A stretch of 46,013 nt of DNA, taken from positions 1 to 46,013 of the forward strand of contig ML002297.1 of the NCBI GenBank assembly GCA_003614675.1. Reading direction: 5' to 3'. A program made the translations under genes and the position numbers. The notes below the pieces were generated by a model. That model saw only the letters and a list, made by a program, of their open reading frames with translations. It was not told where the DNA came from and searched no databases. This document shows positions 21,001 to 34,107 of the stretch, one piece after another. The number at the start of each line of letters is the position of its first letter. Position 1 is the stretch's first letter. Origin of the DNA: Dimargaris cristalligena. Taxonomy: Eukaryota.

Positions 21001-23026
21001 AACGTAAATGTCCCGCTTCTTGGACCGGCCCACCCAGTCGGCGAACTCTTTCGTATTGGGAATGGTGGCCGAGAGCAGAATCAAACTGATATGGGCCGGC
21101 AGCATGATAATTACCTCCTCCCATACGACACCCCGCTCGGAGTCATTCACGTAATGTACTTCATCAAACACCACAAACTCAACATCCCGGATAAGGTCCG
21201 ATCCGCGGTACAGCATGGAGCGCAGAATCTCGGTGGTCATTACCAAACAGGGCGACTCGGGTTGGATTTGAATGTCGCCCGTGATTATCCCAACGTTATC
21301 GTCCCCGAAAGTTTTCCGGAAATCGCGGAACTTTTGGTTGGAGAGGGCCTTGATGGGGGAGGTGTAGATGGTTTTAGTCATGTGTTTGAGGGACATGGCA
21401 ATGGCGTACTCGGCGACGGCCGTTTTTCCGGCCGACGTGTGGGCGGCCACAAACACAAAGTCGCCCTGCTCCAAGTGGTACACGGCCTGTTTCTGGAAGG
21501 TGTCTAGTTCAAAGGGAAACTGGTGGGCCAATTCAGGCACTACATCATGGAAATTACTGAATTCACGAGTCACGTCTACTTCATGGGCCCACTCCCGCCT
21601 ATAGGTGGGCTTGGGGCGACGGAACGCCACATCACTCTCCGAAAGTCCCTGATAGTCCCCCCTGGGCAGGAATTCGTCAATGGGAGTACTCTCTGTGGGT
21701 AGGGGGGTGGGCAAGGGAAGGGGACGGTCAGGGGGGGCGAGCCCATCCCTTTCGGACTTGTTATCATTTTGTGGGAGCCAGGAGGACTCGGACCGAAGGA
21801 GGTCGACCATGGTGGGGGAAGATTTAGCCAAGGCCGAGGGGGGTTCTACAGCGAGACCATGGTCCAGCCCAGGCGCCACCACTAGCAGGTTGTCTTCAAA
21901 GAGGGAAAAGTCGGCCAGGGGGTCGACCGCTGGGTTTTCGCTGCGTACAGCCTCGACCAGGCCACCCGGGGCAAAAGGAACACCCGAGGATCGTCCCCGC
22001 ACGTAACTGTCGGGCCCAGTCGTCTTGCGTGCAAAAGAGGCCGGATTGTCGATGGCAGAGTCGTTTTCGGATGTCGTCACCTAAAGATACATGGGAAAAA
22101 TCAGATGGTCATTCAATTTAATAGGCCGATGAGGTGAATATGTCATGTGGATGGGGCATGGGGATGGGCATGGGGATGAGGACGGGTGCGGAACTTGGTC
22201 TACCTACTCTATGGATACCCTGTACGGCAAAGGACACGGGGTCCCGATCCAGTTCCAGGATGGACGTGAGGCGGTAGGCCGGTGTATCCCGCAGGTTGTT
22301 CAACTGTGGCTCCCGGGGCCAGGATCTAGGTATCGCCAGGTGTATTTGAGATAATGTGAATTATGGTTAACATTGTCGATTACCAATTAGATTTTTATTT
22401 GGGTCGCTGGAATGCCTCAGTACCGTAACGTCTGTAAGGCCCGGGGAAGGATTTGGATATGCATGTAGGGGTGGCTTACCGTTGGCAAGTTGGGAGCCAG
22501 TGTTGGGGAAAAACGGGGTCGGGGCGCAGGAAGCACGCTTCAATTTGATCCTCGATTTCTTCATTAGTGATGGGGGCATCGACAGCAACTGGGAACTGAT
22601 CACACAAAAGGCACTGGTATAAACATAATTAGGGCCGGATCAAAGCCATGTGGTTTTATACCTCATTTATTTAACAGTGGCTATTGTAGAGCAAGTCACT
22701 TACCAAAGGGTCGAATTGAAGAGGCTCGGTCAAAGGGATCTGGGGGACCAGAGGGCCACCGGCCAAGGCGGCCAGTTCGCCAGGGGGAATGCGGTGAAGG
22801 ACCAAGTCGGAGGGCCTGACAGGGGCTATTCCAGTAGCACCGCCCAAAGAAAATTTGCCAAAGGCAAAGTGGGGTTAGTGATGATGCAACAAGGATGGGA
22901 AGCTGGACAATTCCGAGGCGGAGAATGCAGTGGCAGTAGAGTTGCATTGCTCATTGACCTACCTAGGGGTGCTGTAGCAGACTCGGCGGGGGGTACCGGC
23001 GATTGCAATTTTGAGGGGCCGGGCAT
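18060..23026 (-). CDS. SKI2: Ski2 DExH RNA helicase (SKI complex), ~1293 aa, 8 exons
   Basis: Exons 23026-22963, 22825-22704, 22595-22480, 22325-22208, 22080-19510, 19382-19289, 19081-18948, 18722-18060 join in frame. Ski2-type N-terminus (FLRPDPVFPQHWL..., VPFAPGGL), AHTSAGKT, DEVHY, SAT, QMAGRAGRRG, C-terminal IRRDIVFTASLYY. Confidence 0.96.
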
Positions 23027-24001
23027 GACGAGGGGATTGCGGTCAGGGAGGAGGAGAGGGAATTTCGTTGGATACTATAGTAAAGTGTTCGAATGTCACA
23101 GGCGGGTGGGATAACTCAATGGAAGTAATTAGCTGGCATGGACCGAAAGACGCGGGAAGAGTGGCATTGGAATATCAAGCTGGAGTGGTTCCCAACCGTT
23201 TCAAAGACTTGGTCTATGGGAATGTGTTTGTCCACACGGGTTACTGGAGCTGGACTGGTGGTGGTCCAACCCCTCTGGTTCTACACCTTGGCAGCGAACC
23301 CTTTATAAACCACCGACCCATCATGCTAATAAATAATGATAATTGAACCAGGGCCAGCTACCCCGTATAATTCCTTGCTTTGGCAGAATACCCCTAAAGC
23401 TAACCGTGTGCACATCCTATAACGCTTTTTTAAGCGGTTGACCGCTTGACCGTAAATAGCAATGGGAGCCGTCACTTCGGGTTGGTTGGCATAGTATAAC
23501 CCCTCTAACTCTAAGCCAGCTGTAGAACACTGGCCGGCTAAGAGGCCATTCCGCATACTAGCGGCAGGGGAAAAAAAGGAAAGAGTGACTAGCCTGGTAT
23601 TCTGTAGAGGGAGGATCGGGCCCAGGAAGTCCCGCCTGACCGAAAACGCCCATACATGTCGGAATTCCCAGGGAGGAAGTGTATCAGTCACTCCGATACC
23701 AGGCTTAGCTTCGAAAAAGCCCATCAAACCGGTGTTTGCTAATGCCACCCCCTGAGCCCAAGGGCCTACGAGTGGGTTCATATTGCCCGCTGAATTCCCG
23801 GATATCACCGGACTGGATCCCGCAGTTCAAGGATCCATTGGGATTTGGGTTTGGGTATGTTTAATTGATGAATATAATTCTACATTGCCTATACTTTAAG
23901 GCGGTTACAAAGCACCACCCCATCTAAATAGAAAATGGACCAGGAAATGAATAGAGTAGGGTTGGCCCGTGGCTCGGTATAAAACACCTCTTGACCCAGG
24001 A

Positions 24002-26805
24002 CTAAGTACCCACTGGTTTCATATGACCGTCCAGGATAGAGGTGGTCGTGTCAACTAAACAGCAAGCAATATAGTCACCGGTTGGACTCCACTGGAGCCC
24101 CAGCACACTCGAGGGGTAGTCGTACTGTTTGACCAACTGGCCCGAGGTGGTTGACCAGACGTGGACCGAGTGGTCCAGCGAGCCGGTAGCCAGGTATTGC
24201 CCATTGGGACTAAACGACAGTCCCAACACTGGTTCGGCGCACCGGTCCAGAACGAATAGGCACGCAGCCGCGGTAGCGTCCCAAACCCGGACGGTGTGGT
24301 CCGACGAGCAGGTCGCCAAAAGGCTCGGAACCGAGTCGGATAGTTTTGCGACTGGACACCACTCCAGTGCATAGACGTCTTGGGAGTGGCCCGTTAGGAT
24401 GGCCTGCGTTTGGCCGTCCGCCAAAGACCAGATTCTGGCGGTATGGTCCTCGGAAGCCGAAGCAAGGTAGCGTCCCGTGGGGTCAGAGCGTACGGCATGA
24501 ACTCCCCCGGTGTGACCCACTAGAGAATGCAGTGGTGCGGATTGATCTGAACTATAAATAAGGATTTTTGTATCATTGGAGCACGTGGCAAACATCCCGG
24601 CCGTGATCCAATGGACGTCCAAGACGGCACCTGAATAGAGAAAGAAGGCGGTACCGCAAGGGGGAATATAATTAGAAAAAGAGGGCGGGTCCAGTTTTAG
24701 GGGTTGCAGTGGGTTAGGGGGAAAGCAGAGAAGGCCAGCCTATCCTGAGAACCAGCCCTTGATAGGGACTGGGCTAATAATTTAGCTTAACCCGAGGTTA
24801 TATTTACCTTGGTGGTCAAGGTACTCGGCCCGGAGTTCGCCTGTCAGACTGTCCCAAAGTTTTACGCCGGCATCCGCGGAGGTTCCGACCAGGGATTTGC
24901 CCCGAGGACCCCATTTGAGGGCCAGAACCGGACCCTTTCCGGCCTGGAGTGTATACCGAAGGTCACCTGTATTATAAATAAGTCAATAGCCAATGTAGAA
25001 GCGTAGCCATTCATTAATCGTCAGGATCCGGGTTTTATGCGGTGGGCCAGGGTTATAGGAAAAGAGGGGGAGGGGTATCAAGGCCTTGGGTACCCAAGAT
25101 AAACCTACCTTGAAGGGTCCATATCCGGCAATGCCCATCAAACGATCCCGTCGCTAAATAGTTACCCGAGGGCTAACCCGGCAAGTATTCCGGAAGTGGT
25201 GCATTGGGGTACAAAGTATGTAAACATCGGTTAGCGGTGGAGGAAATTGGGCAGTGGCCAAAGATGACCATTAACACGGCATCCGATCCACACGCGGTGT
25301 GTTTATGCCATTAGCGGAGAATATTATCGGGGATCCAGTCACCATTAACTTACATCCCAGTCTAGGGTCGTCACATAATGGAGATCCTGCTCCGATGTGG
25401 ACGCATGGTTAAGTAGGATGGGAGTCCCTTCCAGCTGGTGGGGATCTGAGCCTAAGGACCATATCCGGGCGGTAAAATCGTTGGACCTAGAGCGAAGGGC
25501 GCAAGTTAGGATAGGCCAATGATTGGTAATGGAAGCAATAATGGGTGGTTAGAATTGTGCTGCAGGAAAGGGCCTTTCTGGGAATTGCGTGACAATGGAT
25601 AGGGCAAAGTAGGAAATGTGGCTTACCCGGTCGCTAAAACATGGGGGTGGGTGGGGTTCCAGGCGGCGGTGCAAACCTAAATCATGGTATGGGTTCCAGG
25701 TAAAGATGGGATTGCAATGAGTCGACTGTTTAGGGACATGGTGCCCCCCATGTATATGGGCAATACAGGAATATATATATATATATATTGAATATCCAGG
25801 TGCATATCAGAGGATGAGGGTTACCTGGTCGGTATGGCCTCGCAGCGTTAGAACGGGGTCCAGTGATAAAGGCACGCGGTGGGTAGCGGAGTTGGATCGC
25901 GATCGATCCCGAGATGCGGCTAGTTGCGCAGGCGACGTGCGTGCAGTTGGCCGGGACATAGAAAGGTTAAACGAGGGAAGCACTGTAATCAGGTCAACGG
26001 CATGTTTACAAAAGAGGAGCAAGGGTTTACCCACACACATACACACACACTAAGCCTCAATGCAGCGGGGAGCGGGTCTGGGATGAAGGAGTCGGAATAA
26101 ACTTACTAGGTGGCAGAACTGGGTCATCCAGTTGCATTTTTTCTAGGCGCATTTCATCGGGTTGGGGGGACTCGGAGCGCGGTTTTCTCGACACGGGCTC
26201 GCCGGCCGGTTCCAGGGGACGATGGCGGCTATGAATAGGCTCCTCAGAGGCCGGTTTATCGAGGTGGGAGCCCTGGTCGCGTTCGGAGCGGATCCGCCGG
26301 GAGTCATCCTTGCGAGGGCGACCGACCGGGTTTGCGGGAGCGGTGGTATCAGCAGGCCCCCGAGGGACCCGCTTTTTAGCCCCAACATCCTCGCAGGTAT
26401 GTTCCCCTAATAGTGTAAGCGGGGCATCACAGGATCGGACGCTGCCATCCTCCCCAATATGGGTCTCGAGGTCCCGGTACTGGAGGCCCTTCTGGAGCAG
26501 GTTCAGCAAGGCCCCTGGCTTCACTTGGCGGTCCTGAAAATCGGGCAAACTCAGCTGGGACTCGAATTGAAAGGCGAAGGCGGAATGGATAAAGCCTGGA
26601 GGGAGGAAGAGGGAACACTCGGTACAAGCGGAAAGGGGGGTGAGGCGGGGCTGTAGGGGAGGTATGTGGGGTGGATGAATTAGAGGTGAGCCTGGGGCGG
26701 CGAGGCCCCCTCAGCGTTTAGCGAATGGAAGGAGCTACGGGGCTTACCAGATTCCTTGATGTAGCGGAGAACGAGGTAGTTCACCTCGTCACTGGATATA
26801 CTCAT
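24002..26805 (-). CDS. SIF2: TBL1/Sif2-like LisH + WD40 protein (Set3/NCoR-HDAC complex), ~558 aa, 8 exons
   Basis: Exons 26805-26748, 26595-26107, 25919-25825, 25676-25627, 25486-25354, 25172-25109, 24966-24808, 24630-24002 (1677 nt). Starts [26 protein letters not shown] and contains PGALLNLLQKGLQY (TBL1 LisH signature), then WD40 repeats. Confidence 0.93.
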
Positions 26806-27093
26806 GGGTTATTAGGGGGGGCGCGTCCAACGGGGTAGGTAGGTAGAAGGGTGAGGCTAAGGAGAGTAAACAAGGGAAAGTGGATGTAGTAAAGTGGAAT
26901 GGAATGAACTAGATGGACTGACGAACATGCAACCAAAAGGTTGTTCCAGACCCCGTCGAATGGCACACGATGTCCTCTAATCCAATCCGAATGAGGGGTG
27001 TTTGCCAAACGCGTGAACCAAGCTGGTCAGTTGGTTGGTGGCATCCCCCCTCTAGCTATATCAATGAGCGGCCACTACTGCCCTACCTCCGGA

Positions 27094-27100
27094 TCACGTG
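27094..27100 (+). promoter_or_regulatory. E-box TCACGTG in the middle of the SIF2/RSA3 divergent promoter
   Basis: Exact motif, roughly equidistant from the ATGs at 26805 (-) and 27412 (+). Confidence 0.4.
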
Positions 27101-27411
27101 CCCTTAGTTGGCCGGGCCTCAGCTAATTCAGCCTTTTCACTTTTAACCGCTTAGTCGCTTCTCCTCCATAGTATTCCCATCCCCTTCAAACCATCCGTCC
27201 CCTCTTTTGGTATTTTTTTTTATGGCCCTCCAAACTTGGTCCGTTTGCTCCAATCCCAATTCCTACCCTCTAAACGAACGCATGCACATGCCATATCTGC
27301 GTTCCTTTCGCCCCCGTCCTATTCCCAGTTCGTTATCCTCAGCCGGCCCAACTCAATTCATTCCTCGTTTGCATTCGACCCCGTCCGAATTCCCTTTACT
27401 CTAGTATTACA

Positions 27412-29084
27412 ATGGTCAGCCGCAAAGCCCACCCACCACCAACCAAGGGTAAGTAGTCTCGGCTGATGTTCTTTCAATTCTTTTTATTTTTTAAAAAAAT
27501 CCTTCGTTACTACTTGTGTCGGCTATTGTGTTGTCTATGTACAGTTGTACGGCTCGCTATTATATCCCGGAGCCCTGTCGGCCTGCTGCGCCTGATATTG
27601 GAACGATTAGCTAGCTAATATGTTATATAAAATCACCTATGATCACTACCCATAGGTCGGTCAGACGATGCCATGGATATTGACAACGGCCCATCGCAAA
27701 TTGATGTCACCGATGCGCAATCGGAAAGCCGAATCACCGCCCAACTGGCCCTAATCGCCCAGCATTTGGACGCCAATTTTGATCAACTACTCAATACCAC
27801 CATTTCATCTGCCGCATCGACTGAAGACTCGGTCTCTGGTAATCGCTTCCATGAAGCCCTCGACGTTGTAGCCCAAGGTAAATAACCCATTCCCGAGATA
27901 CACCCCCCTGCCGTGGGTGCCCATGGTTATCCGGCTTCTGTCTACCGCAAGTTTCGGGCAAGATCTTAAATTGTTTAATTACCTTTTGGTGGATCTATGT
28001 ATATACCGTTCTATTTTTAACCCACCTCCCTTGGAAATCATTCTTGCAGGTTTCGAACAAGTATCAACTGATCGTATCGTTGCACCCAAGCTTCTACAGA
28101 TGATGAGCCGTATTGCCCAAGTCTCGGCCGAACTGCATACCATAGATGGTACCCAGGACGGGACTGCTCGTCCCGCCGCAGATCAGGTAACCCTAACCTC
28201 ACCAACCCCCTATTCCACACATTCGCCACCAATTTTAATAGCCACACCAGCTGTGGATTTCCCGTGAAGGAGCGCCCCTCCCCCCGACTGGCTGGGTTTG
28301 GCGGCATTTAGAGCCCGCGCTTAACCTTGATTTCCACTTGCGACTTACCACCATACACCTTCCTATCCCCCGCTTTGATGAACCTGACCCTAATTTCGAT
28401 AGCGTCCTGTTAAGTTTGACCAGACCATCTTCCCACCCCACCTTTGGTGGGATGTGGCCCGTGTCTCCAGCCGGCTGCTCGAGCCACTCGTTCTGGCCCG
28501 GTCTCTACTGAGCTTCCACGTAAGACCACGCCCCCCTGTATCTACCACTTATCTGACCGTGACCTTGCCCCCCCGCTTTGCCCTCCAGGTTCACCCTATC
28601 TCATTTCCCCATCACATTGGCCACTGTTTTCCCTTATCCCCTTCGCTATGGATGCATGTCCCAATAGAGCTTTGTCGATGTGGCGGGTGCCTTTGCCGAT
28701 ATTGCCCACAAATCCCAAACTAGCTTCCGCGACTATTACATGGCTCAAATGACGGAAATCTTTGGCGACGAATTGGACCAACTGCGTCAGGTAGGTAGCT
28801 TTGCCCAGGATGGGGTTTTCGTGGAAGTGCTCGTCGGAAAGGGCGGCGGGATGTATGTAAACCCCGGTCAGAGTGGTGTACTATTTTTAGAAGGAATGTG
28901 CTCAATTGTTCCCGCTCCCAATAACCCATGTATGGCTGTGGTATTGTTTGTTTTATGTTTTCCGATTATTGTTCTACAGAAAGAAGATATTTCGAAGCAG
29001 CGCCTGGCCTTGCTCATTGATAACCTAGAGGCAGGGCTCCTGGTCTTTGACGAAAACGATGTTTTGCTCACTACTGACGAGTAG
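27412..29084 (+). CDS. Rsa3-domain protein (ribosome assembly protein 3 family), ~246 aa, 6 exons
   Basis: Exons 27412-27448, 27656-27877, 28050-28186, 28403 (or 28424)-28519, 28668-28790, 28980-29084 join in frame. C-terminal SFRDYYMAQMTEIFGDELDQLRQKEDISKQRLALLIDNLEAGLLVF resembles the Rsa3 domain pattern. Confidence 0.75.
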
Positions 29085-30046
29085 TGGAAGACCTCCCCAT
29101 CTTACTAGCCGCCGACATGCCAGGTAGCCCGCGGCCAGCCACCCCGCGTTCCTGTATCCCAGATTGGTCCATCCGTGGGGCCCCTAGGCCAATGTCGCCT
29201 GCTTGGAGTGCCTGTAAAAATGGGGAAAGGATCCACGGCCCCTGTCTAGCCCGGCTCGGACGGCATTCGTGGAACCGGCGTATGACTAGTATGGGCGTGT
29301 TTACCTCCAGAGAGCGCTTTTCTATAACTTAGGGGTTGCCCGGCCCGCCTTCTTCTCACTTGCATAATGTACGCTGACGAAAATAATACATTGATTAAAC
29401 CATTCAACGGAGATGTCATCGTTTAAATAGGGGAGAGGGGTGTAGTAAGGGCACGGAGTTTAGGCCTATGGGAGGGATGGCAATCAGTTGGGCATTGCTA
29501 CTCAGCTCCAGTGGAGTGGCTGGGACAATACTTGGAGTCAATAAACAATCAACACCGCGTCTAATATAAAAAACTCGCGCAAGGAGAGATGCCCAAATGA
29601 CATGGGCCCTATTCCCTTACCGCCGGTACTCCTAGAAACAGGAAGGGTCCCTGGAAAACAAAGGTGGCCAAATGCCCGTAACGGAGACCACCTCCACACT
29701 GTAATGTTGGAATTCAAGAAGTCCTCGGCCTCTTCCTAGTTCGGGGATTAGTGGTGGGCTCCTTGCGCAATTCCCTAAGCCTTGGTAGAGGGGATACCTG
29801 CCCCACGAAAAGGTCCACGGCTAGTCTCGTGGAGAGATGTGCCTATCCCACTAGTGGTAGTCCATGCATCGAGGCGCGGTCAGTTCTTTCCAAACTCCTC
29901 CCCCTGCAACTCTATTATCCAGTACTTCCAATTTATTATTCCCTTCATCTGGTTCTGTTTCTCCCCCTCGCCTTGTCGAGTAGTTGAGCAACGCCCCCCT
30001 CTTTCTTCCGCCCCATCATCGGCTCCCTGTTTGGCACCATCGTGAC

Positions 30047-31493
30047 ATGACCGACAGCGCCCCGGTTCCCTCGAGCCCTGGCTCAATCGAGCCGGCTCAG
30101 GTCGATCCCATCCTCACACCGCCACCCACTGACGAGCCCGAGTCTACCGACGGGGGCGCAAACACCACGCCTGACCACTCGCCTGCTTCCGAGCCCGCCG
30201 AACCCACCGGTAGGTATATAAATTCTTGGTTTTACGCGGAGACAGCGGACCCGCCCTTCCGCTGCCCACGGCTATCACCTGGTTGCTGGGACAATGGGGG
30301 GAAAATGCGCCGTACTAGCCTAGCACCTGCCTTTCTCATTCCGTGTTATTTTATCCTCCCCCCCACTGCCGTTAACTACCCAAACAGAGGCCCAGCGCCA
30401 GTTACTGGAAATCGCCGAAACCAATATAACCCGACATGTGGAGTGGGCGACCCTCCAAACCTTCATCGTTGATGAAATGCACCAGGCCCTCGGTCGCAAG
30501 CTTGACCAGCTACCGAATTTGAAACCCGAAGAGCGGGCGGAACAGCGGCGGGATGTAACGGCGCAAGTGGAGCGGTTCGCCGCGCTGCTGTCGGAGTTTA
30601 CCGGTCCTCCATTTACCATCCAACGAATCTGCGAACTACTTACTATCCATGTGGGTCAGCACAAAACCCCGCTTAAATACCTGCGGGCACTGGAAAAGGT
30701 GATTTTAGTGACTTCGACCGTAGACACTAGGAGTGGACCCATCAACGGCCACGCGTCCCCCCCACGGTCACCCTCCCACAGCCCGGCGGGTGCACCACCG
30801 AAATCTCCGGATGCCTCGGCTGAAGCGTCGGACAAGGCGGATACTTCTGCCGAACCACTGACGGAGTCGCCCGGCCCGGAGGAGGTATCATCTATCCCAC
30901 CGAGCCCGGCGGTGGAGCCCCCCGCTGACGCACCAGTGACCGCTGCTGCCGCCACGAATGCTCCGGTGGCCGAAACCCCGGATGCGCCCCCCGATCCAAT
31001 AGCGACGACACTGTCCCTGGTCGACGCCCCAACGCCCATGGCCCCCAGCTCGGATACGCGAACCCCCTCCCCACCACTCCTACCCACACCCAAACCTGAA
31101 CCTGAACCCGAGTCTGAACCTGAGCTTGGCCCAATTCCCTCTGGAATAATCCCGGCCATGGGTAGTCCGCCTGCACCCTCTAGTTGCTCGGAGATACAAC
31201 CCGCACCCCCACAAGAGCTCCAACCCGCATCTCCGATTCACATGGATATTGGCACGGATGATACCGCCGACCCCACTCTCATGCAGGAAGACTTGCCCAT
31301 GCATACCCACTATTCCAATTCAGCGGAACCCCTAGACAAGTCCACTATGCAACTCGAGACGGACCCTGGTCCATCATTTATGAACGAGGACACCGCCGAG
31401 ACGGACCTACCTATGGCGGTGACCATGGCCGATGCCACCTCTGATATGGATGTCGGGGACGATGCCGATTCAATGGAAACGGACCACAACTAA
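30047..31493 (+). CDS. PSY4: Protein phosphatase 4 regulatory subunit 2 (PPP4R2/Psy4), ~422 aa, 2 exons
   Basis: Exons 30047-30209 and 30388-31493. Signature PPFTIQRICELL...KYLRALEKVILVTS followed by an acidic/Pro-rich disordered tail. Confidence 0.9.
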
Positions 31494-33020
31494 TCAATTG
31501 AAGAGGTACGAAGTGTCCGGTATTTGCTCTGTTTTTTAAAAGGGTGCCTTTTAGCGTTTATAGAGAGTGGTTGTGAGTGATTAATCATTGCTTTTTTTAG
31601 AAAATAAAAAATTAACTTCAATCCTTTACAGTGGTGGCCTATACTCTATTTGGGTGGATGCAGTGAGGCGAATAAAGTCCAGTAAACTACTTGCTGGCCT
31701 CTTTCTTACTGGATTGGGCCGATTACCTGGTGACTGTGGGATTGGGCCAAATATCCACTGTGAACCCCATGCATGTGACTTGACTCGTGAGTGAGACGGG
31801 TGGACTAGTCGGGCCATATTTTTGAATTGGGCGATGCATTATTGAATTTGGGAACTAATGGATATAGATATAGATATATATATATACATGAAGAGGGAGG
31901 ACATTTATCATTGCGGAACCGAGCCCGACCCGATAATCTGTGAAACCCCCCATTTCTAATGTGCGTTGCTCATACGTCGGAAAGTCGGAAAAATCGTGCA
32001 GGTAATATGGTTGAAACAATGGATAGATTTGGTAGATATTGTTAAATTATTCGGCCTCTGAGGAAAGCGAGCCACTTTCCTTAAAAATAGTACAACCCTG
32101 CCATCCGGAACTACAGCGAGTTTGTCGAATACGCTGTCCTCCCGACTGATGCTTAATTTTTATTTTTATTTAAATAAAGGCGGGGCAATTATGTGGTTGT
32201 TATTTTGACTGGTGGGTGTAGGGTTGGGCTGGATATCTGTGATAATGATGACCAGCGAACTGAGGGGTGTTTTGGCTCGTTAATGTGGCGTGTGGACTGG
32301 CACCCAATTGCTTTTTTAGTGTGATTGTCAATCATTTCTGCAAAGTACAGTTGCTCGACTGAGGAGAGTTCGATGGTTAGTCCAGGCACCCATCAGCCCC
32401 TACGGTTGGCCTGGTACTACTTCGGCTGGTCGCACAAGATTAAACAATGATGCCAATTTCCAACGAGTGCAGCAGGGGACAATGGAAAGGCAGCGTGCCA
32501 TTGATGACTAATTCCATATCCCGATGTTACCTTAATTCTGGAGGTGTTTTTTTTTCTCGTTTTTTAAATAATAATAATAATAATTGAAGTAAGAAAACTA
32601 GGGATATGGCCAACGCCCGCTGAGCTCGTGACTGGTGAGGGCCGTGGAATTTGGACGCGCGAAGCTTGGGTCGACGGTTACTGCAACCAGGGATGGGTGT
32701 GCCTGGTCATCTGATAAGGTTATAAGGTCGGATCATTCCGGAGGGTCTGGGGACCGGTGCTGTGGGGAATCCCGCAAGCGTATTTAGTTGGGAAGGAAAC
32801 CAACAATTCAGCAACACGAGGGGGAATCGGAATTTCAGCCGTGTGAATGTATTACCTCCTCCTTGCAGTGCCAGTGATAAAATAGACCACTACTTGCAAG
32901 TCACGGCGTGCGAGATTTTAGCCTAGTAGTGTGCATCGACTGAGTATAACGATGGGCTGTGGTGGGCGACGATGGCCCCTCTTTGTATTGACGGACCGGC
33001 CTGCGCAGAAAAGGCCAGCT

Positions 33021-33086
33021 AGTAGTAGTAGTAGCAGTAGTAGCAGTAGTAGCAGTAGTAGCAGTAGCAGTAGTAGTAGTAGTAGC

Positions 33087-33130
<44 letters not shown>

Positions 33131-33161
33131 CAGTAGCAGTAGTAGTAGCAGTAGCAGTAGT
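33021..33161. repeat. Compound (AGT/AGC)n trinucleotide microsatellite, ~47 units
   Basis: AGT run interspersed with AGC. It generates the spurious poly-Ser and poly-Thr ORFs in the track. Confidence 0.97.
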
Positions 33162-33849
33162 CGTAGTCGTATGCCCAGCTAGCTGTATCAGTCGAAGTTG
33201 CTTAGAATCAATGCAGAAAAAACCAACCTTTGTCTGTTGCGGGTAATAATCCGACCCGACAATGCAACTGGGCATCGAAGTTTAGCTGATTATAGAAGGG
33301 TGAACTATGGGAGGGAGTGGGGATTGTACACCTTCGAGACGGCGGTGATCTCAACGGGGGAGTGAGTCACCTCCACTACCACCACTATACTAGCAGCTCC
33401 AAACGACCAACCCTATATAATTCGCCACCTCAACCTCAACGGACCCACTTTCTCTATCTAATCGGCCAGTTTGGGTAGTTGTATTATTATGTTACAGCAG
33501 CACTAATAAACCAAGTGTCAAGCGGCGGTTGCTATAAACAGCAGCCGCCGGGGGTGGTTGTTGGGGACGGAATTTTCTCCATTGGCTGTACCCGTCGCCG
33601 TGCATCTGCGGCTGCATCCCAATCCCTCTTAACTAATCCTAACAAGTTGTTGGGCAAGGGCGAGAAAGAGAGTATATTATTGACTAACAGTAGTGGTACA
33701 TTTGTACAACAACAACTCCTCCTTCCCCCACAGAGAATAAAGGCTAGCAACGGGACCCGCCCAGGAGCAGCACGCCACCGTAACGATGACGAACCGGGGG
33801 GCGTGCAGTCGTTGGTTTAGGGGAGGGAGGGTTGTGGCCCACTCCAGCA

Positions 33850-33857
33850 TATAAATA
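33850..33857 (+). promoter_or_regulatory. Putative TATA box of the Na+/H+ antiporter gene
   Basis: TATAAATA followed by a CT-rich tract and a canonical intron ~180 nt downstream. Confidence 0.5.
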
Positions 33858-34037
33858 CCCCCGACCTGCCCCGGTTATTTGTCTCTTGTCAGTTTGGTCG
33901 CGTGGGTCTCTCTGCTTTGATATTTCATCTCTCTCTGCCTATCGTTTTCACCACCAGCCTTAGGGTTCCTTTATTATTATCCTGTATTAATTTACGCGTT
34001 CCCCGGCCGAGTCTAAACGCCCGCTTCGCCACAAACG

Positions 34038-34107
34038 GTAAGTCCTTTGCCCCTTTGGATAGGTGTAGTTTTTAATAACTAACCCTCCTTTCCTTCCCCC
34101 CTTACAG
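34038..34107 (+). other. Probable 5'-UTR intron of the antiporter gene
   Basis: GTAAGT donor, ACTAAC branch at 34078-34083, pyrimidine tract, TTACAG acceptor; 70 nt. Confidence 0.75.

Noticed and set aside
20770-21507. 245-aa antisense ORF in SKI2, and similar antisense ORFs in CAP, kinesin, NHA1 and MET17
   Set aside because: Shadow ORFs expected from GC-rich codon usage.
23326-23808. 160-aa minus-strand ORF between SIF2 and SKI2
   Set aside because: GTG start, no recognisable motif; SKI2 already has a consistent ATG at 23026.
29501-29514. CTCAGCTCCAGTGG repeated at 41062-41075 (11-mer core also at 1546)
   Set aside because: A 14-mer match is roughly expected by chance in a window this size and the flanks do not align.
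32901-33275. Poly-Thr and poly-Ser ORFs
   Set aside because: By-products of the AGT/AGC microsatellite; non-ATG or context-free starts and no domain.
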